From IMG/VR virus record IMGVR_UViG_3300044614_001923: 64,000 nucleotides of DNA. One strand, 5' to 3'. The stretch's first letter is position 1, and each line of letters begins with the position of its first letter. Made by a program: the position numbers and the translations under genes. The notes under the pieces are model-generated. The model made no database searches. It was not told where the DNA came from and saw only the letters and a program-made list of their open reading frames with translations. The DNA comes from a virus (taxonomy: Duplodnaviria > Caudoviricetes). Below are positions 1 to 8,058 of this stretch, piece by piece.

Positions 1-290
1 TTAACTGCTTTCTTTTCAACAGCATTCATTGAAGTATTTGACATGTACTGATTGAATGCTTGCTCTAGAGGAACATCCTCTCTTCTTGCTCTATATCTAA
101 TATCATAAACTGCTTGGCGTACTCTCTTCATTTCACCTTCTTCACCACCGCCAGATGGAGCAGCACCTCCTTTCTTTTCTGGTCCAGATGGACTCGCTGG
201 TGCTGATGCAGATGCCTTTCCAAGCTGTGGTTTAAACACCTCCTCAACGTAAATAGAAGAGATGTCATTAAAAATATTATTGGTTGTCAT
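1..290 (-). CDS. Hypothetical protein (3'-truncated by window edge), MTTNNIFNDISSIYVEEVFKPQLGK...
   Basis: Translated by hand: ATG at 290, open to position 1; ATAAATA late-promoter core at 324-330; not in ORF track. Confidence 0.75.
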   Translation of the reverse strand, partial: MTTNNIFNDISSIYVEEVFKPQLGKASASAPASPSGPEKKGGAAPSGGGEEGEMKRVRQAVYDIRYRARREDVPLEQAFNQYMSNTSMNAVEKKAV

Positions 291-306
291 TGTTGTAGAA
301 TTCGTA

Positions 307-1572
307 CTATTTCTTCTTATACTTATTTATGAAATTCTTAATTTCTTTTGTTCCCGTCATTTTCATTGTATATTCACGATATGCATCCGTTCCAACTTCT
401 CTTTGGTCGGCAGGAACTCCAGATTTGTTAGTAAATCCACTTTGAATATTTCTTGTTTGAGGGACAAATGCTCCGTATGATACGGGTTTATGATCCTCTT
501 TATCTGCTGCTTTTTTAGATTCCACCACATCTTTAATCCAACATTTAAACATAATACTATCTTCAGTAACGCAAATCAAATAATTTGTTCCTCTACGAAT
601 AATACGTCCAACTAGTCCAGTATTAAGATTTTCAACAATATCTCCAATTCTAAAAATGTTTTCTTGGATATAATTTTCACGAAGGTTTTTCCAATCCAAC
701 TTAGGAGCAATTTCCCAAAGATTCCATCCCTCTTTAATATTCATTGCAGCACGAATGGTATTATAGAGTTCTTTTGCTTGTTTCTCATTGAATGTGGAAG
801 GAACTCCTTTTCTAAAGGTTTTAAAATCTCCTTCTGCTGCGGCCTTTCTTTGCTTAGATGCAGACATACCAGACACATCATCTTCAGAATCAGGATCCCT
901 TTCCCCAGCAGAACGAACTTCTAAATTATCAAATTGATAGAGTTTACCATTATAATTATTGGAAAGTTTTTCAAACTCATTAACTCTATCAGCACCACCT
1001 ACAATTCTTACGTTAGTATATCCATCCATATGTGCCTTTTTAAGAACATCGAAGATGGTACGATTTGCCTGATCATTTATAATTCTTTCACTATGCTGAG
1101 GAAACATTTGCCTCATAACAGAAACTTTAGTATCAGCATCTAATGGATTCTTTTTCTTATCCTGACTTCTTGATGGAACAATAATATAATCACCATCATC
1201 AGAAGATGTTGCTACGGTATTTAAAAGTTTTTCATGTCCAGTTGTTGGTGGATTGAACCGCCCAAAAGCAATAGTTAAAGTTCCTTTTGTTTTTGGTACT
1301 GGAGGTGGACCTTCCACTTGAGGTTCTTGCTGAGACTGAACTTCTTTTGGAATTTCTTGATCCTTTACTTTTTTTTCTTGAGGAGGGTCTTGCTTTCCAA
1401 TTTTTTGATTTTTATTATAAAACTTAAGTTTTCCACCCTCAGTCTTCGCTGTAAATTCTCCATTTTTATCGTACCATCCACCATGCCCATCTCCAGTTAA
1501 ACCGAGACGAGATGCTTGCTGAACAGCAAGAGACTTTGATGCTTCAGAAAGAAATTGTAAAAAACTTTTCAT
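307..1572 (-). CDS. Cytidyltransferase-like (HIGH-superfamily) nucleotidyltransferase with N-terminal CTS-like leader
   Basis: FGRFNPPTTGHEKL (TxGH motif) and GMSASK (KMSKS-like); start reassigned to ATG 1572 (MKSFLQFLSE), downstream of ATAAATA at 1593-1599. Confidence 0.8.
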   Translation of the reverse strand: MKSFLQFLSEASKSLAVQQASRLGLTGDGHGGWYDKNGEFTAKTEGGKLKFYNKNQKIGKQDPPQEKKVKDQEIPKEVQSQQEPQVEGPPPVPKTKGTLTIAFGRFNPPTTGHEKLLNTVATSSDDGDYIIVPSRSQDKKKNPLDADTKVSVMRQMFPQHSERIINDQANRTIFDVLKKAHMDGYTNVRIVGGADRVNEFEKLSNNYNGKLYQFDNLEVRSAGERDPDSEDDVSGMSASKQRKAAAEGDFKTFRKGVPSTFNEKQAKELYNTIRAAMNIKEGWNLWEIAPKLDWKNLRENYIQENIFRIGDIVENLNTGLVGRIIRRGTNYLICVTEDSIMFKCWIKDVVESKKAADKEDHKPVSYGAFVPQTRNIQSGFTNKSGVPADQREVGTDAYREYTMKMTGTKEIKNFINKYKKK

Positions 1573-1601
1573 TTTTTGTGTTGATATACTTATATTTATG
1601 T

Positions 1602-3122
1602 TTATGTTCCGCCCCAAAGTCTGGGATCGATTCCTAGAGCATCTTGTAAATTACCAAGATTGTTTTTACTTCTTAACTTCATCCAATTTCCTTTCAACTT
1701 ACTCCAATTATTTTTCGACATAATATCAAAATATAGACGAGTAGATCCTCTACTTGGATTAACATTTTCTTTAGAAGTAACATAGACAACTTGCTCATTC
1801 AAAATTGCTCTATCATAAAACATCTCTTTAAAATTTAAAGAATTATTTGGTTCTGATGCTTTAGTAAATCCCTTTTCAAAAAATAAACTTAATGCTCCAA
1901 CATTGGGTCTATAGTCTCTTCTACTACTTCTATTAATAACCGTATTGGTTAAAAGATCATTTAACTGTGGCATTACTTGTCCAACAGAATTTCTATTTTT
2001 AAGTAAAGAAGTTAAATCATCATTTTGAGACAGAGATGCTTTTTTAATTTTAGATGGATCACAATTTTTAAAATAATTAACTAAAGTTGTTATTGCAGCA
2101 TTTTTATTTCCAGAATATCTATGATGATCTAAGGCATAACGACATATTTCTCTAAATTGACTTTCTTTAGATTTTGCAAGTATAGCAGCGGAGTACAATG
2201 GATATAAAGAAGATGTTTTTGATGCTTGAGGAGATGCTTTAGTAACTCCCCCCAGCATAGTGTAATATTCTCCAATATTTCCCTGACCCTTTGACCTTTT
2301 CCATTGATTTATTTCTCTAACGTTAGAAAATAAATCTTTTGGTTTTACGACATTTGGTGATGAACCAAATGCAGCATTCTTAACAGATACTTTTATTGAA
2401 TTTCCCTCAACCTGCCTAACGCCTGGAGGAACTAGAAAATAATCAACTAAAGGATAGTTTGCACCTACTGGAAAATAAACAGTCCACTTTGCAACTCCTC
2501 CTGGAATGTTTTCAACTCCAATCATTTTTCTTAGAGATGCCGATCCCGATAATCTTTTAAGTAAAGCATAAGCGGAAAATATTTCTATAGCTTCACTACC
2601 AAATTCTAAAATTCCATGAAAAGTAGTTGATAAATTTTTATCAAATTCGTCAAATGCTTTAGATACAACTGAGTTCCATATTACACTATCCTCACCAATA
2701 TATTTCTTAACTGCATCTTTAATAGCTGCTGGAGTCAGTCTTTTTCCCTCAATACCAATATCTTTTGGCTTCATCTTCCTGACTCTTTCAGATGAAGAAG
2801 TTCCTGGTTTTAAGACCAACCCATATGTTTTAGTTTGATCTACAAGAATTCCAACTTCACTTGATATTCTATTTCCAGATATTGTTGCTGACTTTTTCTT
2901 TGAAAAAACATAATTCTCAAGATATAGATTTTCTAAAATTCCATCAAATATAACTTGTCTCACACTTCTACTTCTTGGCATATTTGAAACTTCATAAACA
3001 AATGTGCCATTTTCATTTATTTCAACAATACTATCTTCAGTGACGGAAATACTCCCCATATTATTCTGAGATAAGACAGAACTTAAGATTGCAAAAATAT
3101 TACTCTTTATAGAGTTTGCCAT
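1602..3122 (-). CDS. Hypothetical protein, possible PD-(D/E)xK nuclease-like fold
   Basis: 506-aa ORF; FPVGANYPLVDY...KVSVK segment resembles degenerate PD...(D/E/S)xK motif. Confidence 0.45.
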   Translation of the reverse strand: MANSIKSNIFAILSSVLSQNNMGSISVTEDSIVEINENGTFVYEVSNMPRSRSVRQVIFDGILENLYLENYVFSKKKSATISGNRISSEVGILVDQTKTYGLVLKPGTSSSERVRKMKPKDIGIEGKRLTPAAIKDAVKKYIGEDSVIWNSVVSKAFDEFDKNLSTTFHGILEFGSEAIEIFSAYALLKRLSGSASLRKMIGVENIPGGVAKWTVYFPVGANYPLVDYFLVPPGVRQVEGNSIKVSVKNAAFGSSPNVVKPKDLFSNVREINQWKRSKGQGNIGEYYTMLGGVTKASPQASKTSSLYPLYSAAILAKSKESQFREICRYALDHHRYSGNKNAAITTLVNYFKNCDPSKIKKASLSQNDDLTSLLKNRNSVGQVMPQLNDLLTNTVINRSSRRDYRPNVGALSLFFEKGFTKASEPNNSLNFKEMFYDRAILNEQVVYVTSKENVNPSRGSTRLYFDIMSKNNWSKLKGNWMKLRSKNNLGNLQDALGIDPRLWGGT

Positions 3123-3156
3123 AAAACTAAAAGGTTACGCTTTTAGATATTTAGAA

Positions 3157-3229
3157 TGGAGAATAGGAGACTCGAACTCCTGACACCCGCCTTGCAAAGG
3201 CGATGCTCTACCAACTGAGCTAATTCCCC
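3157..3229 (-). tRNA. tRNA-Ala(UGC), CCA not encoded
   Basis: GGGGAATTAGCTCAGTTGGTAGAGCATCGCCTTTGCAAGGCGGGTGTCAGGAGTTCGAGTCTCCTATTCTCCA: cloverleaf, anticodon TGC, G3:U70 alanine identity pair, TTCGA T-loop. Confidence 0.96.
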
Positions 3230-3291
3230 AGATGGATTAAGTGTGATATATCTCATAAGGACATAACAGGGACTTAACCTCTATCTTATAT

Positions 3292-3320
3292 AGTATAAAA
3301 CCCCTCAACTAAAAAGTCAA
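3292..3320 (-). promoter_or_regulatory. Sigma70-type promoter for tRNA-Ala
   Basis: TTGACT-17 nt-TATACT, overlapping an imperfect CCCCT...AGGGG hairpin. Confidence 0.75.
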
Positions 3321-3349
3321 GGGGTCGGACTAACTTCCTGATTTAGTTA

Positions 3350-4819
3350 TCAGTGCTTTTCGTCACCACTAGGTGGTTTTGCCTTTGCCATTCTAGTTCC
3401 AGCAGCATCGCCAAACTTATCTCTTAGAGAAATTTTTTCTCTTCTTGGAGATACATATCCAACTCCAGGAACTACACCTGTCTTACCAGCATCTCTTGCA
3501 GCATTTCTTGCTTCTGCTCTTGCTGCTGCTCTCTTACGATTTTTCTCGTAAGAACTCATTGCCTCATCAAGCCACGCTTCAAACTGTTCCTTAGCAATCT
3601 CACCCATTGCTTTTTGCTTACGGAGTTTCTTAGGATTCTTGGTTACGCCGCCAGGACCCTCTGAAGGATAGTCATGATCTTGAGTTCTTCCAACACCATG
3701 AACAGCACCAGATCTTGCTCTTTCTCTATCATTGGCAGTCATTTCACCTCTTCCGTAATGAGGACCACCTCTAAGAGATCTCCACATATGCTTCTCAGCG
3801 GACTTCACTTTTTTAGTTTTTTCTCCTCTTTGAGAATACTCAGATGCTGGTTTATTAGTTCTCTTACTAACAAGTTTTCCGTATGCTGCAGATGCTTTTG
3901 GAGTTTTACCGTAGGAACCTTCTGCTTCATCAAGATAAAACTCATACATATCATCCCAGGTGTAATCAGAAAGGTCATAACCTTCTTCTACCAGAGCATC
4001 TACCCAGAACTCAAACTCTTCTTTATTAATTTCTGCTGCTCTTCTTGCTGCTTTGCTTCCCTTTCCAACATTAGAATATGATTTTGGCCAATTGGAACCT
4101 GCTACTTTGCGATTGGGAGGAGTTCCCAGAAGTCCATCTTTATTAGAGCGTCTGATGTGCTTGATTAATGCAACATTATCACCTTGACCTGCTTTTGCTC
4201 TACCAGAAGCATGAGTACGGTTAGCAATCATTTCTGCTGCTTTTGCTTTACCCTTTTCACTGGTAATTGCTTCATCAAGTTCTTCCTCACCGAGAATAAT
4301 ATTAATCGCTTCCTCATCAATCAGATTTGCCATCATCCACTCAGCATCTTCAAAAGTTTCTGCATATCCCTCAACATAGAGAAACTCAAGAATAGTATCA
4401 AACAGATCAAAAGACTCATCTCCCATATTGAGTTGCTTTTTCTCATTAGGAGTCAATGCTGCAGATCCTCTCTGTGCTCCTCTTGCTGCCTGCTTTGCTT
4501 TTACTGCAGGGTCTGTAGACTTATGGGCATAACCATGTAGACCAGGACTTGAAGAAGTAGTCTTACGGAAATCTCCTCTTTGCTTTCTAGCAAGATTTTC
4601 CCTTGCTTTTTGCTTTTCACTATCTCCGTAAGTTGGTTTGTCTGCAAGTTTAGTTGCTCTATCTGCTGCTGCACCACCACCAGTTGACTTAGCAATTTTT
4701 TGGCGAATAGGTGCCTCATCATAACCACGCTTTGCCATCGCAGTTGCTTCATCAACTTCTTGAGGAGTATGCACTTCAGCATACGCTTCCATTATGCCCT
4801 TAAAATCTTTGATGTCCAT
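3350..4819 (-). CDS. Modular acidic/basic protein, candidate gp21-processed internal head polyprotein
   Basis: 489 aa; Lys/Arg-rich blocks separated by acidic EGY-containing spacers ending in LDEA/VDEA; TATAAATA upstream. Confidence 0.6.
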   Translation of the reverse strand: MDIKDFKGIMEAYAEVHTPQEVDEATAMAKRGYDEAPIRQKIAKSTGGGAAADRATKLADKPTYGDSEKQKARENLARKQRGDFRKTTSSSPGLHGYAHKSTDPAVKAKQAARGAQRGSAALTPNEKKQLNMGDESFDLFDTILEFLYVEGYAETFEDAEWMMANLIDEEAINIILGEEELDEAITSEKGKAKAAEMIANRTHASGRAKAGQGDNVALIKHIRRSNKDGLLGTPPNRKVAGSNWPKSYSNVGKGSKAARRAAEINKEEFEFWVDALVEEGYDLSDYTWDDMYEFYLDEAEGSYGKTPKASAAYGKLVSKRTNKPASEYSQRGEKTKKVKSAEKHMWRSLRGGPHYGRGEMTANDRERARSGAVHGVGRTQDHDYPSEGPGGVTKNPKKLRKQKAMGEIAKEQFEAWLDEAMSSYEKNRKRAAARAEARNAARDAGKTGVVPGVGYVSPRREKISLRDKFGDAAGTRMAKAKPPSGDEKH

Positions 4820-4838
4820 TTTACAAATACTTTTTAGT

Positions 4839-4846
4839 TATTTATA
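4839..4846 (-). promoter_or_regulatory. T4-type late promoter (gp55) TATAAATA
   Basis: Exact T4 late consensus 20 nt upstream of ATG 4819. Confidence 0.8.
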
Positions 4847-4862
4847 AAAATACCATATAGAG

Positions 4863-5036
4863 TCACTCAACTACTTGACTAATTGCATCATCAAGATCAG
4901 CAATCACTTCACGAAGTTCAAAGATACGAGGTGGAGTACTAATAGGATCTGTAGTATAACCCTTCTGAGCATCAAACAAAACCTGACGAACTGCTGCAGC
5001 AGAACGTATATCCATTTCAACGGTTACTTTACTCAT
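4863..5036 (-). CDS. Small hypothetical protein (57 aa, MSKVTVEMDIRSAAAVRQVLF...)
   Basis: Translated by hand; ATGA overlap with upstream stop at 5033; not in ORF track. Confidence 0.75.
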   Translation of the reverse strand: MSKVTVEMDIRSAAAVRQVLFDAQKGYTTDPISTPPRIFELREVIADLDDAISQVVE

Positions 5037-5248
5037 GATTCTTCCTCAACTTGCTTATTAAATCCAGTAGATACTTTTTTCTTTTCTGCTCTTTTTTTGA
5101 GCACTAATCCAGAAAGAGATTCCATTACTTTAAGAATGTCTTCTGTTTTGCACCCTTCTCCAAGTTCAGATGCTACAAAATGATATTTTGGAAAGAACTC
5201 TTCTGAAACTTCTTTATAATCTTCTAGAGTAATTGGTTTATCACTCAT
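5033..5248 (-). CDS. Hypothetical protein
   Basis: 71-aa ORF coupled by overlaps to mazG and to the downstream ORF. Confidence 0.75.
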   Translation of the reverse strand: MSDKPITLEDYKEVSEEFFPKYHFVASELGEGCKTEDILKVMESLSGLVLKKRAEKKKVSTGFNKQVEEES

Positions 5249-5661
5249 ACATCTCCCTCAACGCGATTCTCGGAACGATAGATATCAAAAGTTCCATTAG
5301 GATAACGAGCACTCAGTTTTTCATAGTTCATCTGAAGAACTTCTTCAAAATTAGTATCAAGAGCCATACATGCTTGAGCGAGATACCAACAAATATCTCC
5401 TAGTTCTCGTTTCAGATGAAAAATATTTTCTTCATTATATGGTTTTCCTTGAAGGAGAATTTTCTTTACAACTTCAGTAAACTCACCTGCCTCAGCACTC
5501 ATACCCAGAGCAGCGGTTACTAGACGAGGAACATCGGCATCATCACTTGCTTCAAGTTCACTAATACGAGCAAGAAGTTGTGCAACATCACTACTTGCAG
5601 GACTCGTTGTTTGACGTACAAAATCAATATACTTATTAGTGTCAATCACTTTATTAGTCAT
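5245..5661 (-). CDS. mazG: MazG nucleoside triphosphate pyrophosphohydrolase
   Basis: EAGEFTEVVKK and ELGDICWY motifs; typical position after gp41 in cyanomyoviruses. Confidence 0.9.
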   Translation of the reverse strand: MTNKVIDTNKYIDFVRQTTSPASSDVAQLLARISELEASDDADVPRLVTAALGMSAEAGEFTEVVKKILLQGKPYNEENIFHLKRELGDICWYLAQACMALDTNFEEVLQMNYEKLSARYPNGTFDIYRSENRVEGDV

Positions 5662-7034
5662 CAGAATTTAAATCCCTCAAATGTTTTTTTAGGTTTTTTA
5701 TCTTCATAATCATACTCTTCATCTTTTCCGTTGTCAAGGATATCATTCTGAGCAGATTGTTCGCAATCATAAAGACGCATTTTAGCGCGGTCAATACCAA
5801 TCACAAAACGCTTATGGATGGTTGGATCATTATAACGGTTCTTAAGTTGTTTTACAAGAATTTGTCCAAGTTCTTCTAGTTCTTCTGTAGAAATTAGAGC
5901 AAACATTAAGTCAGCAGTTGCAGGAAGACCAAATGATTCAGAAGTATCAGTCAGTTCAACATCAGAAGAACCATAACCAGAACGAGTGGTCTGAGTGGCA
6001 CTTACAATAGGAACATTAAATTCTACAGCAAGACCACGAAGTTCTTCAGCGATTGCTTTCACAAAAGTATAAGAATTGATATTACTATTTCCTTTATACC
6101 TACTGGAAGCACAAATATTCAGATAATCAATGAAAATAATATCTGGTTTAAATGATTTCTTTAGAGCAAGTTCATTCAAAAGAGACTTGAAATGACCAGA
6201 GTGTGCTGATGCAGTTGGATACTCTTTAATGATTAATGTTCCCTGCGTCTTCTTTGCAATATTTGTGACTTTATTCTCAAATACAGATTTGGGAAGATCT
6301 ACAATATCTCGAATATTAACATTCAATAAGTTTGCATCAATTCGTTCAGCAATCTTTTCTTCTGCCATCTCCATTGTAATGTAGAGAACGTTCCTCCCTT
6401 GCAGCAACACGGAGCTAGCGACGTGGCACATGAATAGAGATTTGCCGACACCTGTACCAGCAAGCGCGATATTAAGAGTCTTACAAGGTAACCCACCTTT
6501 TGTAATTTTGTTAAAGTAATCAAGATCAAATTCAATTTTCTCCTCTGTTCTGTGATAAGATTCATATCTTGTTTCATAATCTTGTAGATAATCATGCCCA
6601 ACGTGATTGTCAAATGAAACTGCAAGAGCATCTTGTAGGATGGAAGGAATAGCATCCCTACTCTTACTTCCATTACCATCAACTAGTTGGATTGATTCCA
6701 TAAGTGCCAAATAAATGGCACGATCACGACACCACTTTTCAGTAGTATCAATCAACCAAGTTAGTTCTACAGGAACATTTTCAAGAGTGCTGACCAAATG
6801 GACAAGTTTTTGAAACTGCTCTTGAGTAACATCATTTCTTCTCTCAACTTCAATACACAGAATGTCTTTAGTTGGAATTGTATTATATTCTAAAAGAAAT
6901 TTATTAATTTCTTGATATATAATTTTTTGTTCTGGATCTTCAAAGTATTCTTCTTTTAAGAATGGTAAAACTTTTCTTACATAATCCTCATTAAATAACA
7001 GGTTTCTAAGAATTAGAAACTCAACTTTCTCCAT
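5661..7034 (-). CDS. gp41: Replicative DNA helicase gp41
   Basis: Walker A AGTGVGKS, IFIDYLNI, KQLKNRY; synteny with uvsX/gp43. Confidence 0.95.
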   Translation of the reverse strand: MEKVEFLILRNLLFNEDYVRKVLPFLKEEYFEDPEQKIIYQEINKFLLEYNTIPTKDILCIEVERRNDVTQEQFQKLVHLVSTLENVPVELTWLIDTTEKWCRDRAIYLALMESIQLVDGNGSKSRDAIPSILQDALAVSFDNHVGHDYLQDYETRYESYHRTEEKIEFDLDYFNKITKGGLPCKTLNIALAGTGVGKSLFMCHVASSVLLQGRNVLYITMEMAEEKIAERIDANLLNVNIRDIVDLPKSVFENKVTNIAKKTQGTLIIKEYPTASAHSGHFKSLLNELALKKSFKPDIIFIDYLNICASSRYKGNSNINSYTFVKAIAEELRGLAVEFNVPIVSATQTTRSGYGSSDVELTDTSESFGLPATADLMFALISTEELEELGQILVKQLKNRYNDPTIHKRFVIGIDRAKMRLYDCEQSAQNDILDNGKDEEYDYEDKKPKKTFEGFKF

Positions 7035-8028
7035 AACTAAATTCCTTACGTGCGATTTGATCTAGTTGTTGCATTACTTCTTCAGTGAAATACACTTCAG
7101 GTTCTTTCAGAATCTGCTTAGCATAAATCTTCTTACCATCAATTTCATAGCGTCCCGCTACATTCTTCCAGAGTCCACCAATCTCACCAAGTTCCAGAAG
7201 ACCATAGTAACGATCAAGACCGCGCTCATCATAATACAAACGGACTTCAACATCTTTATTCTCCTTACTCAAACGCGATTTAGCAGTCTTAGCCTTGATA
7301 ATATTTCCGACCACTTCCGTTCCATCCTTCTCTTTCTTTTTGCTGAGATAGATAATCGTACTTGCTGCGTACTTGAGTCCAGAACCTCCCCCCATTTCTT
7401 TCGTTGGTACATAAGCTCCGATGACATCGTATGTATGATTTGTGACAATGAGTGGTACATTTGCTTGTCCTAATTTAAGAGTTAACATTCTGAAAGCGCC
7501 TTTGATAAGTTGCGATTTAGTCATATCACGAACTTCTTTATCATTCAGAACATCATTAATCTCCTTACTCGTAGAAAGCATCCCCAAAGAGTCTAGCACA
7601 AACATGCAAGGATTGCGCTCTCCTTCAGGTTTTTTCATGTACAGATCTACCGCTTTGAGTGCTTTGTTACGAAACTCTTCAATTGTAACAACATTAACAA
7701 CAACAAGACGAGAAGTATCAATTCCACGAGATTCTAATAGAGATTTAGTGATAGCAGCTTCAGTATCAAAATAGAGACAATAACCATCGGGATTGGTATC
7801 AAGAAAATTCTTAACAACGGCGAGGCTGAAGAAAGTTTTTCCAGTAGAAGACTCTCCAGCAATAGCAGTAATCTTATTGCCAGATACACCACCAAATATG
7901 CTACCTGAAACCAGTGCATTAAAAATGTATGAACCCGTGTCAACATAAGTTTCTGTTTCATCAATATCTGAGGCAAGTTTGGTGTAATCATCACCAATTT
8001 CTTTTACAATATCCTTTAAGAAGTCCAT
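7021..8028 (-). CDS. uvsX: UvsX RecA-like recombinase
   Basis: GESSTGKT Walker A, YFDTE, MGGGSGLKY motifs. Confidence 0.95.
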   Translation of the reverse strand: MDFLKDIVKEIGDDYTKLASDIDETETYVDTGSYIFNALVSGSIFGGVSGNKITAIAGESSTGKTFFSLAVVKNFLDTNPDGYCLYFDTEAAITKSLLESRGIDTSRLVVVNVVTIEEFRNKALKAVDLYMKKPEGERNPCMFVLDSLGMLSTSKEINDVLNDKEVRDMTKSQLIKGAFRMLTLKLGQANVPLIVTNHTYDVIGAYVPTKEMGGGSGLKYAASTIIYLSKKKEKDGTEVVGNIIKAKTAKSRLSKENKDVEVRLYYDERGLDRYYGLLELGEIGGLWKNVAGRYEIDGKKIYAKQILKEPEVYFTEEVMQQLDQIARKEFSYGES

Positions 8029-8058
8029 AATATTTTTCCAATTAGTAACAGTATAGCA

